The notes under the pieces were generated by a model. It ran no database searches, was not told the DNA's origin, and was given only the letters and a program-made list of their open reading frames with translations. Of a DNA stretch of 64,000 bases, positions 13,682-25,402 are shown piece by piece. Numbering within the stretch: the stretch's first letter is position 1; each line of letters starts with the position of its first letter. Position numbers and translations under genes: made by a program. Origin of the DNA: Anaeramoeba ignava BMAN (Eukaryota > Protista > Anaeramoebae); NCBI GenBank assembly GCA_028826165.1, contig JAPDFW010000054.1, positions 310,001-374,000 on the forward strand. The letters run 5' to 3'.

Positions 13682-16506
13682 ATGGAAAAGAAAAAAGTTT
13701 TTACTAATATTAATTCTCGATATATAAATTGGAAACAAATTGAAAATGTTTCAGAAACTTCAAGTGGAAGCGTTTTTATTGTTTCGTTTCAAAACAACAA
13801 TAAAGTTATTATCAAAGCAGGAAGTTCAGTTGTTGAAGAATTATATGCACATAAACTTGGTGAAAAAATGAGAGTTCCAATTCCAAAAGTTAGATTAATT
13901 GATTATGTTACAGGAGAATGGTCAACTATGAAAAGACAAATGGAATTAAAAACAACTTCAAATCATTCATTGTTATTAAGAGTCCAAAAATCTCTTGATA
14001 GAGCTTTCTTTTTGATAATGGAATTTGTTTTTGGAAAAGATTTAACTCAACTTACTTCTGTTGATGAATTTAAACAAATGGCAACACCAAAAGCAATGAA
14101 TGATTGGGGGAAATTACTTTGTTATGATATTATTATTAATAATTGGGATCGATTTCCTTGTTTATGGCCTGTATAATTCATTTATCAAAAAATTTAAAAT
14201 TCAATTTAAAATTCAATTTAAAATATAAAATATAAAATAGAATGTAATTCCAAAAAATTAATCAAAAATCAAAAATCAAAAATTAAAAATTAAAAATTAA
14301 AAATCAAAAATTAAAAATCAAAAATCAAAAATCAAAAATCAAAAATCAAAAATTAAAAATTAAAAATTAAAAATCAAAAATTAAAAATCTGTTTAAATTA
14401 AAATAGGAAGTAAATCCAAAAAATAAATATATTTTTATATATATTGTTTTCAACTTAAATTTCAATTTATCATTTTTGGGAATTATTTAAAATAGGGAAA
14501 TTTTGGAAATATCATGTTTTCTCAAGATGGAGATTCATTTTCTGCAATGGGAATTGATCAAAAAGTTACACCTCTTTCAACTAAATTTCAAGTTAAATAT
14601 GATGGATATATGAATAAAGTTAAAAAATTCTTGGAATTAATGCAAAGTGAAGAAAATATTGAAAACATCCCAGAAATCAAATTCTCTTTTATCGATTCAC
14701 TTCAACCATTTAAAATTGAAAAGGAATTATTTGAAGATTTAAGAAAAGGATTTTTCTATGTTTGGGATATGTTTATTCAAATCAAAGAAAAATACTTCGA
14801 AGATTTAAAATCTCAATTTGTAAAACTAATTCATCATGATTGGGCAGATGTTTGGAAAACTGGATTATCAATGGTTCACACTCAATTTTTTATTCATCTT
14901 CAAAAGATATTCAAAGAAGTTAAAGAAAAGAGAGAAAAACAAGAACAATCGAATATTAGTGATGATATTATTGAAAAAGCGCAAAAATATGCGAATATGA
15001 AACCAGAAATTCCAGAAAATCAAGTCAAAAGCAAGTTAGTTCTTGAAATGAAGGAAAAAATCAAATCAAAGTATCGGTTTATTCGAGAAAACAGAAAAAT
15101 CAATCAAATTGAAAATCAAATTCAAATTGAAAATCAAATTGAAAATCAAAAATCAAATTGAAAACCAAAATCAAATCAAATCTAATGACGAGGATGTTTG
15201 GGTGACAGCTTTTCAAGTTTATCCATTGGATTCTGGTTCTGCACAATTTATTGTTGAGTATGAATTGTATCAGCAATTGAAAACTTTTGAGATGAATTCA
15301 AATGTTGTTGTTTTTCCTGAAGGATCTGTTGAGGAAATGATTCATGGAGATAATTTTGATTCGAATAAATGGGTTCAAGGTTTTAAGAGGATTTGCACAA
15401 AATTCAAAATTAGTGCAGTTTTAAATATCTTCCATGAAGTGGAACCAAGAAAAATATTTTCTCGATGTATTGTAATTGATGAATTCGGGAAAATAGTTCT
15501 CACTTATGCAAAAAGACATTTAGTGGCAAATGAACAAAACGCATTTATTGCAGGAAAGGAACCAAGCAAGTTTCACACAAAAAAATTTGATGGAAGTGGA
15601 TTGTTGTGTCATGATATTGAGCATCCAACAACTGTTGAAGAAACAGTGAAATTACTCTATGAAACAAAAGAGGAAAATTCAAACGAAAAGGATTTGAGTT
15701 GGAAACCAAAAATCATTTTCAATCCAACCCATTTATTTGGAAGAAAAATAACGGATACAGAATGGGTGAATTCTAGTTTGATGGCGCTTGAAAAGTATTT
15801 GGAGCCGCCAGTGATAAACAAGTGTGATTTGTTTATTGTGAAAGTGGATCAACCTCCACCTTCTGGGTATTCATGCAGTTTAATGACAACTTGCAATGGA
15901 GCGTTTTTTGTTCCAGCATTTGAACCATTAGTGACCACATTTGTTGTTCAAAAACAACAGAGTTTTGAGGAATTATTTGGATATGAAGGAAGATATCGAA
16001 GTCGTCCTGAAGACAATAACGGAAATCGGTTTATGTGTTTTTATCTCAAGGAAGATGACATTTTGAAACAGCAAGTTGCGAGAAAAATTCAATTTAATCA
16101 ACAGAAGAAACTTGAAGTTTTTTATCAGAGTTCTAAAGCTGTTTATTCTATTAATAATTATCAACAATCCTTGTTGAAAAATTCGATCCAATTTGCTACT
16201 TTGGATGAGGATGAAATTCCAGAAAACAATCAAACAGAAAAGTTGAAGATGATTGAAGGATCTGAGCGATTTGGAGTAAAGATTGAAGGGAATGGATTTT
16301 GTTTTGTTGATATTTCAAAAGAGGTTTCCAATAATTTGAAAGAAATTGTTTGGTTTAAATTTTATACGAATATTGTTGATCTTGATATTTCATTGAATCG
16401 AATTGGATGCTTATTAGATTCTGGGGAAATATTAGTTATTTTTTTCTATTCAAATAAGGAGAATTTACCATTAATTAAATTAGTTGAAAGCTTTAAAGAA
16501 AATTAA
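13682..16506 (+). CDS. Actin-fragmin-kinase-like domain fused to a carbon-nitrogen hydrolase (nitrilase-superfamily) domain
   Basis: Exon 13682-14170, inferred microexons 14241-14243 and 14407-14409, then exon 14496-16506 with a 1-nt frameshift at ~15150 in an EN/QN repeat. AFK motifs: SSGSVFIV, IIKA, ELYA, LIMEFV, YDIIINNWDRFP, GN.GNIMF, GIDQK. Nitrilase triad: FPEG, YAKRHL, LLCHD. Confidence 0.8.
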
Positions 16507-16519
16507 AAATCGTTTATCA

Positions 16520-18590
16520 AAATCAAAATGAAAACGAAAATCAAAATCAAAATCAAAATCATTTATCAAAATCATTTATCAAAATCATTTATCAAAATCA
16601 TTTATCAAAATCATTTATCAAAATCATTTATCAAAATCATTTATCAAAATCATTTATCAAAATCATTTATCAAAATCATTTATCAAAATCATTTATCAAA
16701 ATCATTTATCAAAATCATTTATCAAAATCAAAATCATTTATCAAAATCAAAATCAAAATCAATTTAATCAAAATCAATTCAATATCAATTTAATATCAAT
16801 TTAATTAATAAATTTAATATCAATTTAATATAAATTTAATATCAATTTAATTAATAAATTTAATAAATAAATTTAATATAAATTTAATTAATAAATTTAA
16901 TATAAATTTAATCAATAAATTTAATATAAATTTAATTAATCAATTTAATATCAATTTAATAAATAAATTTAATATCAATTTAATTAATAAATTTAATAAA
17001 TAAATTTAATATCAATTTAATTAATAAATTTAATTAATAAATTTAATAAATAAATTTAATATCAATTTAATCAATAAATTTAATTAATAAATTTAATATC
17101 AATTTAATTAATAAATTTAATTTAATAAATTTAATATCAATTTAATATCAATTTAATCAATAAATTTAATTAATAAATTTAATATAAATTTAATAAATTT
17201 AATTAATAAATTTAATTAATAAATTTAATATCAATTTAATATCAATTTAATATCAATTTAATTAATAAATTTAATTAATAAATTTAATTAATAAATTTAA
17301 TATCAATTTAATCAATAAATTTAATTAATAAATTTAATTAATAAATTTAATTAATAAATTTAATCAATAAATTTAATATCAATTTAATTAATAAATTTAA
17401 TATAAATTTAATTAATAAATTTAATATCAATTTAATAAATAAATTTAATTAATAAATTTAATATAAATTTAATATCAATTTAATTAATAAATTTAATTAA
17501 TAAATTTAATATCAATTTAATCAATAAATTTAATATCAATTTAATAATTTAATCAATAAATTTAATCAATAAATTTAATCAATAAATTTAATATCAATTT
17601 AATCAATAAATTTAATAAATTTTAATATAAATTTAATTAAATAAAATTTAATATAAATTTAATATCAAAATAAATATAATTTTAAAATTTAATTAATAAA
17701 TTTAATAAATTAAATAAATAAATTTTAATTAATAAATTTAATATCAATTTAATTAATAAATTTAATTAATATCAATTTAATATCAATTTAATATCAATTT
17801 AATTAATAAATTTAATAAATTTAATATAAATTAATATCAATTTAATCAATAAATTTAATATCAATTTAATCAATAAATTTAATTAATAAATTTAATATCA
17901 ATTTAATTATCAATTTAATTAATAAATTTAATATCAATTTAATTCAATCAATTTAATTAATAAATTTAATATCAATTTAATTAATAAATTTAATATCAAT
18001 TTAATATCAATTTAAAATCAATTTAATCAATAAATTTAATCAATAAAATTTAATTTAATATAAATTTAATAATCAATTTAATCAATAAATTTAATCAATA
18101 AATTTAATCAATAAATTTAATATCAATTTAATTAGTTTAATCAATAAATTTAATATCAATTTAATATCAGTTTAATTAATAAATTTAATTAATAAATTTA
18201 ATATCAATTTAATTAATAAATTTAATATCAATTTAATATCAATTTAATTATCAATAAATTTAATTAATAAAATTTAATATAAATTTTAATTAATAAATTT
18301 AATATCAAATTTAATATAAATTTAATATCAATTTAATTAATAAATTTAATATCAATTTAATATCAATTTAATTAATAAATTTAATATCAATTTAATCAAT
18401 AAATTTAAAATCAATTTAATATCAATTTAATATCAATTTAATTAATAAATTTAATCAATAAATTTAATATCAATTTAATATCAATTTAATTAATAAATTT
18501 AATAAATTTAATATCAATTTAATTAATAAATTTAATATCAATTTAATTAATAAATTTAATAACAATTTAATTAATAAATTTAATATAAAA
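16520..18590. repeat. Intergenic AT-rich minisatellites: (TTTATCAAAATCA)n followed by AATTTAATATC/AATTTAATTAATA variants
   Basis: 13-mer array at ~16560-16740, then about 1.8 kb of degenerate 11-13-mers. Confidence 0.88.
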
Positions 18591-18930
18591 TGGAATTGGA
18601 TTTGGATTAAATAAAAAAAAAAGAAGAAAGAAGAAAAATATTTTTTATTTTCCCCTTTTATTTATTTATTTTTTTCTTTTTATGATCAAAATTTTTATTT
18701 ATTTTTAATTAAAAATTAAAATAAAAAATTAAATAAAAAATTAAATAAAAAATTAAATAAAAAATTAAATAAAAAATTAAATAAAAAATTAAATTAAAAA
18801 TTAAATAAAAAATTTAATAGGGGGCAAGTTAAATTTTTTTTTTTTTGCTTTTTGAATTTATTTTTTTAATTTTTATTTTTTTCATTTTTTTTCTTTTTTA
18901 AAAAAAAAAAAACAAATTACAAATTACAAA

Positions 18931-19665
18931 ATGAAATTCTTTGCATTTTTGCTTTTAATTGCATTAGCATTTGCACCAGATCCACCAAAATGGCCGATTC
19001 ACTTTGCAACCGAATTAGATGTAATTCACTATCACAATCGTTCTCACACATTTGCAATTTGGTATTACGATTACAACGAGAATGCAGAAAGAGTTGAAGT
19101 AATGAACTATCACGAAGGAATGGACGTTACAATGATCAACGATTACAACGCAGAAAAGCAATACGTTCTTATTGAAACTGAAGATGACATCATTTGCCAG
19201 ACACATGACTTGACAGGACATTTATTTTATCCGGACTTGTCATCTTTCGTGTATTCCGGCCAACGGACAATTCGGGACAAACTTTGTGACAGATGGTTCC
19301 ATAACGCCACAAGAATGATCTATTACGATACTCATGATGCGCCAAATGAACCCATGCAAATTGACTTTATGGACTCAAATCAAACTAACTTCCTTAACTT
19401 CAAAGACCATTCCGTTGATCCTGCTTATTTCGATAAACCTGCCCAATGCACTGATACTACTGGTCTCTCTTGTGATGCTTGTGAATCTCTTGGTGAGGCT
19501 GCTATCGAATTGGGTTGCGATGCTAGTGCTGCCGCTATTTCTGCTCTTTGTGGTCCTTTTGCTGAACTTTGTGAAGAAGCTATCGACCTCGCTTGCGAAG
19601 GTGCTTGCTCTTATGAAGAATGCGCTGAGAAAGCTTGCTGCGCTCTTGGTTTCTGCAGCTGCTAA
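18931..19665 (+). CDS. Secreted ependymin-related (EPDR-like) protein with C-terminal Cys-rich saposin-like domain
   Basis: Intronless 244-aa ORF with signal peptide MKFFAFLLLIALA. PPKWP..F, WYYDY, CDRW and YFDKPAQC are typical of the EPDR/LolA-like fold. The tail reads CDAC...LCG...LC...CCALGFC. GC content is clearly higher than the flanks. Confidence 0.7.
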   Translation: MKFFAFLLLIALAFAPDPPKWPIHFATELDVIHYHNRSHTFAIWYYDYNENAERVEVMNYHEGMDVTMINDYNAEKQYVLIETEDDIICQTHDLTGHLFYPDLSSFVYSGQRTIRDKLCDRWFHNATRMIYYDTHDAPNEPMQIDFMDSNQTNFLNFKDHSVDPAYFDKPAQCTDTTGLSCDACESLGEAAIELGCDASAAAISALCGPFAELCEEAIDLACEGACSYEECAEKACCALGFCSC

Positions 19666-20157
19666 ATCTCTTCTTTTTGAACCGTTTTTTTTTCTCCTTT
19701 TTTTCCGTTTTTTTCTTCTTTTTTTCTTTTTCTTTTTCTTTTTCTTGATAGTTCGAAAACCTTTTTTTTTCAAATTTTCTCTTCTTTTCTTTCAAAAATT
19801 CTTGAATGAAGAAGATTTTTCAATGAAACCAAACAATTCCAGAATGAATTAAAAAACAAAAACAAAAACAAAAACAAAAACACAATTTGATTTATTTTTC
19901 TAAATTCAAATCTAAATCTAAATTAAATTCAAAATTAAATTCAATTCAAATTTAAATTAAAATTCAAAATTAAATTCAAATTTAAATTCAAAAAGCAAAT
20001 CTTTTTTTTTTGATTGTTTAATTTTCATTTTTTTGTTTCTTTTTGTTTTTAAATCTTTCTTTAAAATTTTATTATATTTTTTTTTATCAATAGTTTTTTA
20101 AAAAAAATTAATCACAAAAACCACTTTAAAATAGTTGCAAATTCATTCAAAAAAAAA

Positions 20158-23100
20158 ATGGAAAAAATGTAATAAAAAAAAATATTTAAATATTTAATCA
20201 ATTAATAAATTTCTATTTTAAATTTCTATTTTCAATTTCTATTTTTTTTTTTTGATTTAATTTGATGATTCAATTATAAGTGTTAAAAAAATTCTTTAAG
20301 AATCCCCTTAACCACAAAAAAAAATAAATTTAACAAATACTCTTTAATTTAATTCTAATTTAATTCTTTTTATTTTATTTTCAAAATAAATTTAGTCAAT
20401 TCGATAAACAAATTGCAAAAGAAAAATTTGAAAGCTGGAAAATACTTGGAGAAAAATTTAATCAAGATCACAAATTAAAAGAAGAGAACTTAAATGATCC
20501 AAATATTAATTCAAATAATAATTCAAATAATAATTTAAATATTAATTCAAATATTTTAAATAATAATTCAAATAATAATTCAAATATTAATTTAAATAAT
20601 AATCCAAATATTTCAAATAATAATTTAAATAATAATTTAAATAATAATCCAAATATTAATTTAAATAATAATTCAAATATTAATTCAAATATTAATTCAA
20701 ATAATAATTTAAATAATAATTCAAATAATAATTCAAATATTAATTCAAATATTAATCCAAATAATAATTTAAATAATAATTTAAATAATAATTCAAATAT
20801 TAATTCAAATATTAATTTAAATAATAATCCAAATATCAATCCAAATAATAATCCAAATATTAATTCAAATAATAATTTAAATAATAATTTAAATAATTTA
20901 AATAATAATTCAAATAATAATTTAAATAATAATTTAAATAATAATTTAAATAATAATTCAAATATTAATTCAAATATTAATTTAAATAATAATTCAAATA
21001 ATAATTTAAATATTAATTCAAATAATAATCCAAATAATAATCCAAATAATAATCCAAATATTAATTTAAATATTAATTCAAATAATAATTCAAATATTAA
21101 TTTAAATATTAATTCAAATAATAATTTAAATAATAATTTAAATATTAATTCAAATAATAATTTAAATAATAATCCAAATATTAATTTAAATAATAATTTA
21201 AATAATAATCCAAATATTAATCCAAATAATAATTTAAATAATAATTCAAATAATAATTCAAATAATAATTTAAATATTAATCCAAATATTAATCCAAATA
21301 TTAATTTAAATATTTCAAATAATAATTTAAATAATAATTCAAATAATAATTCAAATATTAATTCAAATATTAATTCAAATAATAATTTAAATATTAATTC
21401 AAATATTTTAAATAATAATCCAAATAATAATCCAAATAATAATTTAAATAATCCAAATAATAATTTAAATATTAATTCAAATAATAATTCAAATAATAAT
21501 TTAAATAATAATTTAAATAATAATTCAAATAATAATTCAAATAATAATTTAAATAATAATTCAAATAATAATTTAAATAATAATTCAAATATTTTAAATA
21601 ATAATTTAAATAATAATTCAAATATTAATTCAAATAATAATCCAAATATTTTAAATATCAATCCAAATAATAATTTAAATAATAATTTCAAATAATAATT
21701 CAAATATTAATTCAAATAATAATTCAAATAATAATTCAAATAATAATCCAAATATTAATTTAAATATTTCAAATAATAATTTAAATAATTCAAATAATAA
21801 TCCAAATAATAATCCAAATATTAATAATTTAAATAATAATTTAAATAATTCAAATAATATTTCAAATAATAATTCAAATATTAATTCAAATAATATTTTA
21901 AATATTAATTCAAATAATATTTTAAATAATAATTCAAATAATATTTTAAATAATAATTCAAATAATTCAAATAATTTAAATAATTCAAATATTAATATTA
22001 ATTTCGATCGTATTGCAAAAATATACTACTCCTTAATTCAGAAAAACAAACTTAATTCATTCCCAACCCAAATAAAACCCACAAAATACAAACTTTCCAA
22101 AAAAATCATCCAATCAATCCAAAAAAACTTCGCACATGATTTCGCATCATTTAGGGTAGAATTCATAATAACAGAATCAACAGCATTACCAGGAAAACTG
22201 AAACTGACAAGTAAATATGTGACGATCAGTATTGAATCAAACAACACAAAAAGAAAAAATCAGTTTCCACAAGCAAATAGCAAGTTTTTATTCCACAAAA
22301 AATTGGAATCAATTTTCCAAATACTTGTTGATGGAAGTGTTGTCTGCAGAATCAAAGCAAACAACGAAGAGAAACGACTTGAGATTTGGAAAACATCTCA
22401 ATTATTTCGCGGCTATGCAGAGTTTACTCACAAAGAACAAGAAATTCAGGGAAAATATATTGGTGAAGATGAGGAAATTGATGGTCTTGTTTTGCGAAAT
22501 TGGGTTAGCAAAAATATCCTTTTGCCTGTTGAAGTGAAAACTTCATTTTCTGAGGATATATATTCTGCGATAGGAATCACATCTTCTCAGCTTGCACTTG
22601 AATCGGAAAACTCACCTAAAATTACAATCAATTGGAATAAATGGAATTTTTTAATTGAAAATCAAAAGGAAAATTTTCTTATTAAAATCCAAATTCAAAT
22701 CAAAAAATCCAAAAATATTCAAAATCAAAATGCAACTTCTTTTTCCCAGGGATTTATCACCATATATCCAGATTCATATAAACACCAGAAATATATCTTT
22801 TATTCTATTCTTATCTTCATGAAAATGGCGCGAGTAAAAGAACATTTTCCAAGAGAAAAATTCGATCTATTAGAAAAGGAAAAAAAGGAGAAATCAAGCA
22901 AATCAGTCATTAAGATCCCATTGAATTACTACAACCAAGAGGACAAAATCGAGGATGAGATGGAAAAGAATATTTGCAGAGAGGGGAGAGAAATGCTCAG
23001 CGATAACACCTCTATTGTTGTGCGGTCGAGCCACAATCTGGTACTTGTGCGCAATTTTTCTATATCAAGAATTCAGCCGTTTATTTTACAACCAAAATAT

Positions 23101-25191
23101 CCATTATATTATTCAATCAATTCATCACTCATTTCAACGACACAAACACCAGCAATGAGAAAAATGCGGAGGGAACTGCAATCGTGTCTTCTGAAAAGGA
23201 AGAAAACTTTAACTGTTGAAATTTACAATACAGAATTGTTATCAATGCAAAAAGCACAATTGATTTTCACAAAACAATCCATGGAAATCCATGTTCTTGA
23301 ATCGCATTTTCGCGAGACTTTCTGCTATGAAAAACAAGACAGCATCTTTGCGCATGCTTTTAATCCCTGGGCATTTGTTGTCAGGAGCAGATTGCAAGAC
23401 AAAGCACGTTTGTGCGCTGCTCAGGATCAATTTTCTCGCGACTTGATTTGCAATTTGTATGCAGTCCACCAGAAAAAGAAGGAGCTGGAAAACCAGTCCT
23501 TTGATTTGGAATATCACTACAAAATATTCTGCACTAAAAAAAGGAAATACAAGGAGAAAAAGAATGACTATAGATCTTGGTTGTATATCGTTTTGGAAAG
23601 ACTTGCCGAGAAGCAAGAGAGCGTGTATGAGTTTCCTCTCGAGTTTGACTCACAAGATATACGCACACATTACACTGAGAGGGCTCGAGAGAATGAGCAT
23701 TCTGTTGTTCTTTTAAATTCCTTTAGTGAATATGCAAGTGTTGCCAAAATCTTTCTTGATAACTCCTTCTTCATTATTTGCTCACGTTTTCTTCATATCC
23801 GTCGCAAGTTTAATCCCCATGCTAATATGATTGTTGATAATAACGATGATTTGTCAATCCGTTTCTATTTGGATGAGCAAAGCTTTGTTGATCTTGTTTT
23901 GCCTAATAAACAAGAATGCGAACGTTTAATTAAAAATTTTATGAAGAAAAAATTAAGAATTATTGATGGAGAAAATTTTAATTATAATTTTAATATCAAT
24001 ACTGAAAAGGAAATTATTACCAAGTCTCAAAAATGCTTATTGATGAAAAATCAAAAAAATATCCAAAAAAATATCCAAAAAAATCAAAATGAAAATATCC
24101 AAGAAAATATTGATAAATCTATTCTTAAAAATTCAACAACTACCTCAAGTCGCGCAGAAAAAGAATTATTCCAAAACTCAATTTGCACTTTCCCAAAAAC
24201 AAGAAAAAAAACACAAAAAATTTTTTCCAATTTATTTGTGAACAAATTCCACTGCAAAATGATCACAACCATTGGGAAATTTCCAGGATGGGTCGCAACA
24301 TTTCCGTCTCATTTTGAAATATACACACAAAATAACATGCTTTCTTTGCCTTATTCTGTTCTCACAATCACAAAACAGAAATCCAAAAAAACAACAATAC
24401 TTGAAATTGATTCAAATAATCATGTTGAAATTGAATTTCCAACACAAAACGAAACGGCAATGTTCTGCAAAAACTTCTGTAAAAATAAAAACCGCGAAAT
24501 CGGAAATTTTACAAATAAAGAATGTGAATTTTTCGACATTTTAATAATGTCATCTCATGGAAATGAAATATGCAAGGCAACCTTCATATTCTCTCAATTT
24601 CGCCTTTCTCTCTCGATTCCTCTATTCCAAATGGTGTTTTATTTCCCGCACCAATTCAACATACTTTTTGACAAAAAACGGACAATTCGGATCCAAATTG
24701 ATCCCGAAATTCCGTTAATTTTTCTTCGTTTTAAATCCATCAAAAAAAGAGATGAATTCTTATCAAACATTAAAGAATCCAAGCAAATCGGTTGGAAAAA
24801 TGAGGCTCTTGATTCTTCTCCAGCTGAATTGGATCAACCTTATATATTCGAAGTGGAATTTTCTTTGGGAAACAAGAAAAACAAAGGAAGAATTATTCTT
24901 GATAGTGATAAAATAATCATCAACAATCCTCGTGTTGAAAACGTTCTTATTAGGCCCATTGGTTCTGGTCGGTTGTTTATTGCAAAAAGATCTGTATTGA
25001 CTTGTCGTATTTCTTTTTTGTCTTTGAAGAAAAAAAATTTTTTTGAATTTGCTTTTAAAAATGATTCTGATCGTGATTTGTTCATTTCAACTTTTCAGAA
25101 GTTACATCAAAAATCAACTCGTGAAGATTTATGGCTTCCAAAACATCGTTTCTATCCAAGTATAATGACTTCAATTTCAGAGAATTTTTAA
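20158..25191 (+). CDS. Large protein: ~500-aa Asn-rich tetrapeptide repeat followed by tandem PH-like modules
   Basis: An 11-nt first coding exon (20158-20168) and intron 20169-20395 (phase 2) give MEKIQFDKQIAKEKFESWK. The NNNS/NNNL/NINS/NNNP repeat spans ~20500-22000. One +1 frameshift at ~21687, then open into the 22219-25191 ORF. Confidence 0.7.
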
Positions 25192-25402
25192 TAAGAAAAA
25201 AAAAAAAATTTACCGAAAAGAAAAAAAATTTATTTTTACTTTTTTTTTTTTTCAGTTTTGGTTTTTGTTGAATAATAAAATTTTTAAAAATTCTTCAAAT
25301 ATTTCTTTTCTTTTCTTTTCTTTTTAAAAATTTCAAATTAAAAAAAAATTAAAATTAAAATTAAAATCAAAATCAAAATCAAAATCAAAATCAAAATCAG
25401 AA

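Noticed and set aside
20468-21703. 411-aa Leu/Phe-rich minus-strand ORF
   Set aside because: It is the antisense shadow of the Asn repeat; the plus strand has spliced unique flanks.
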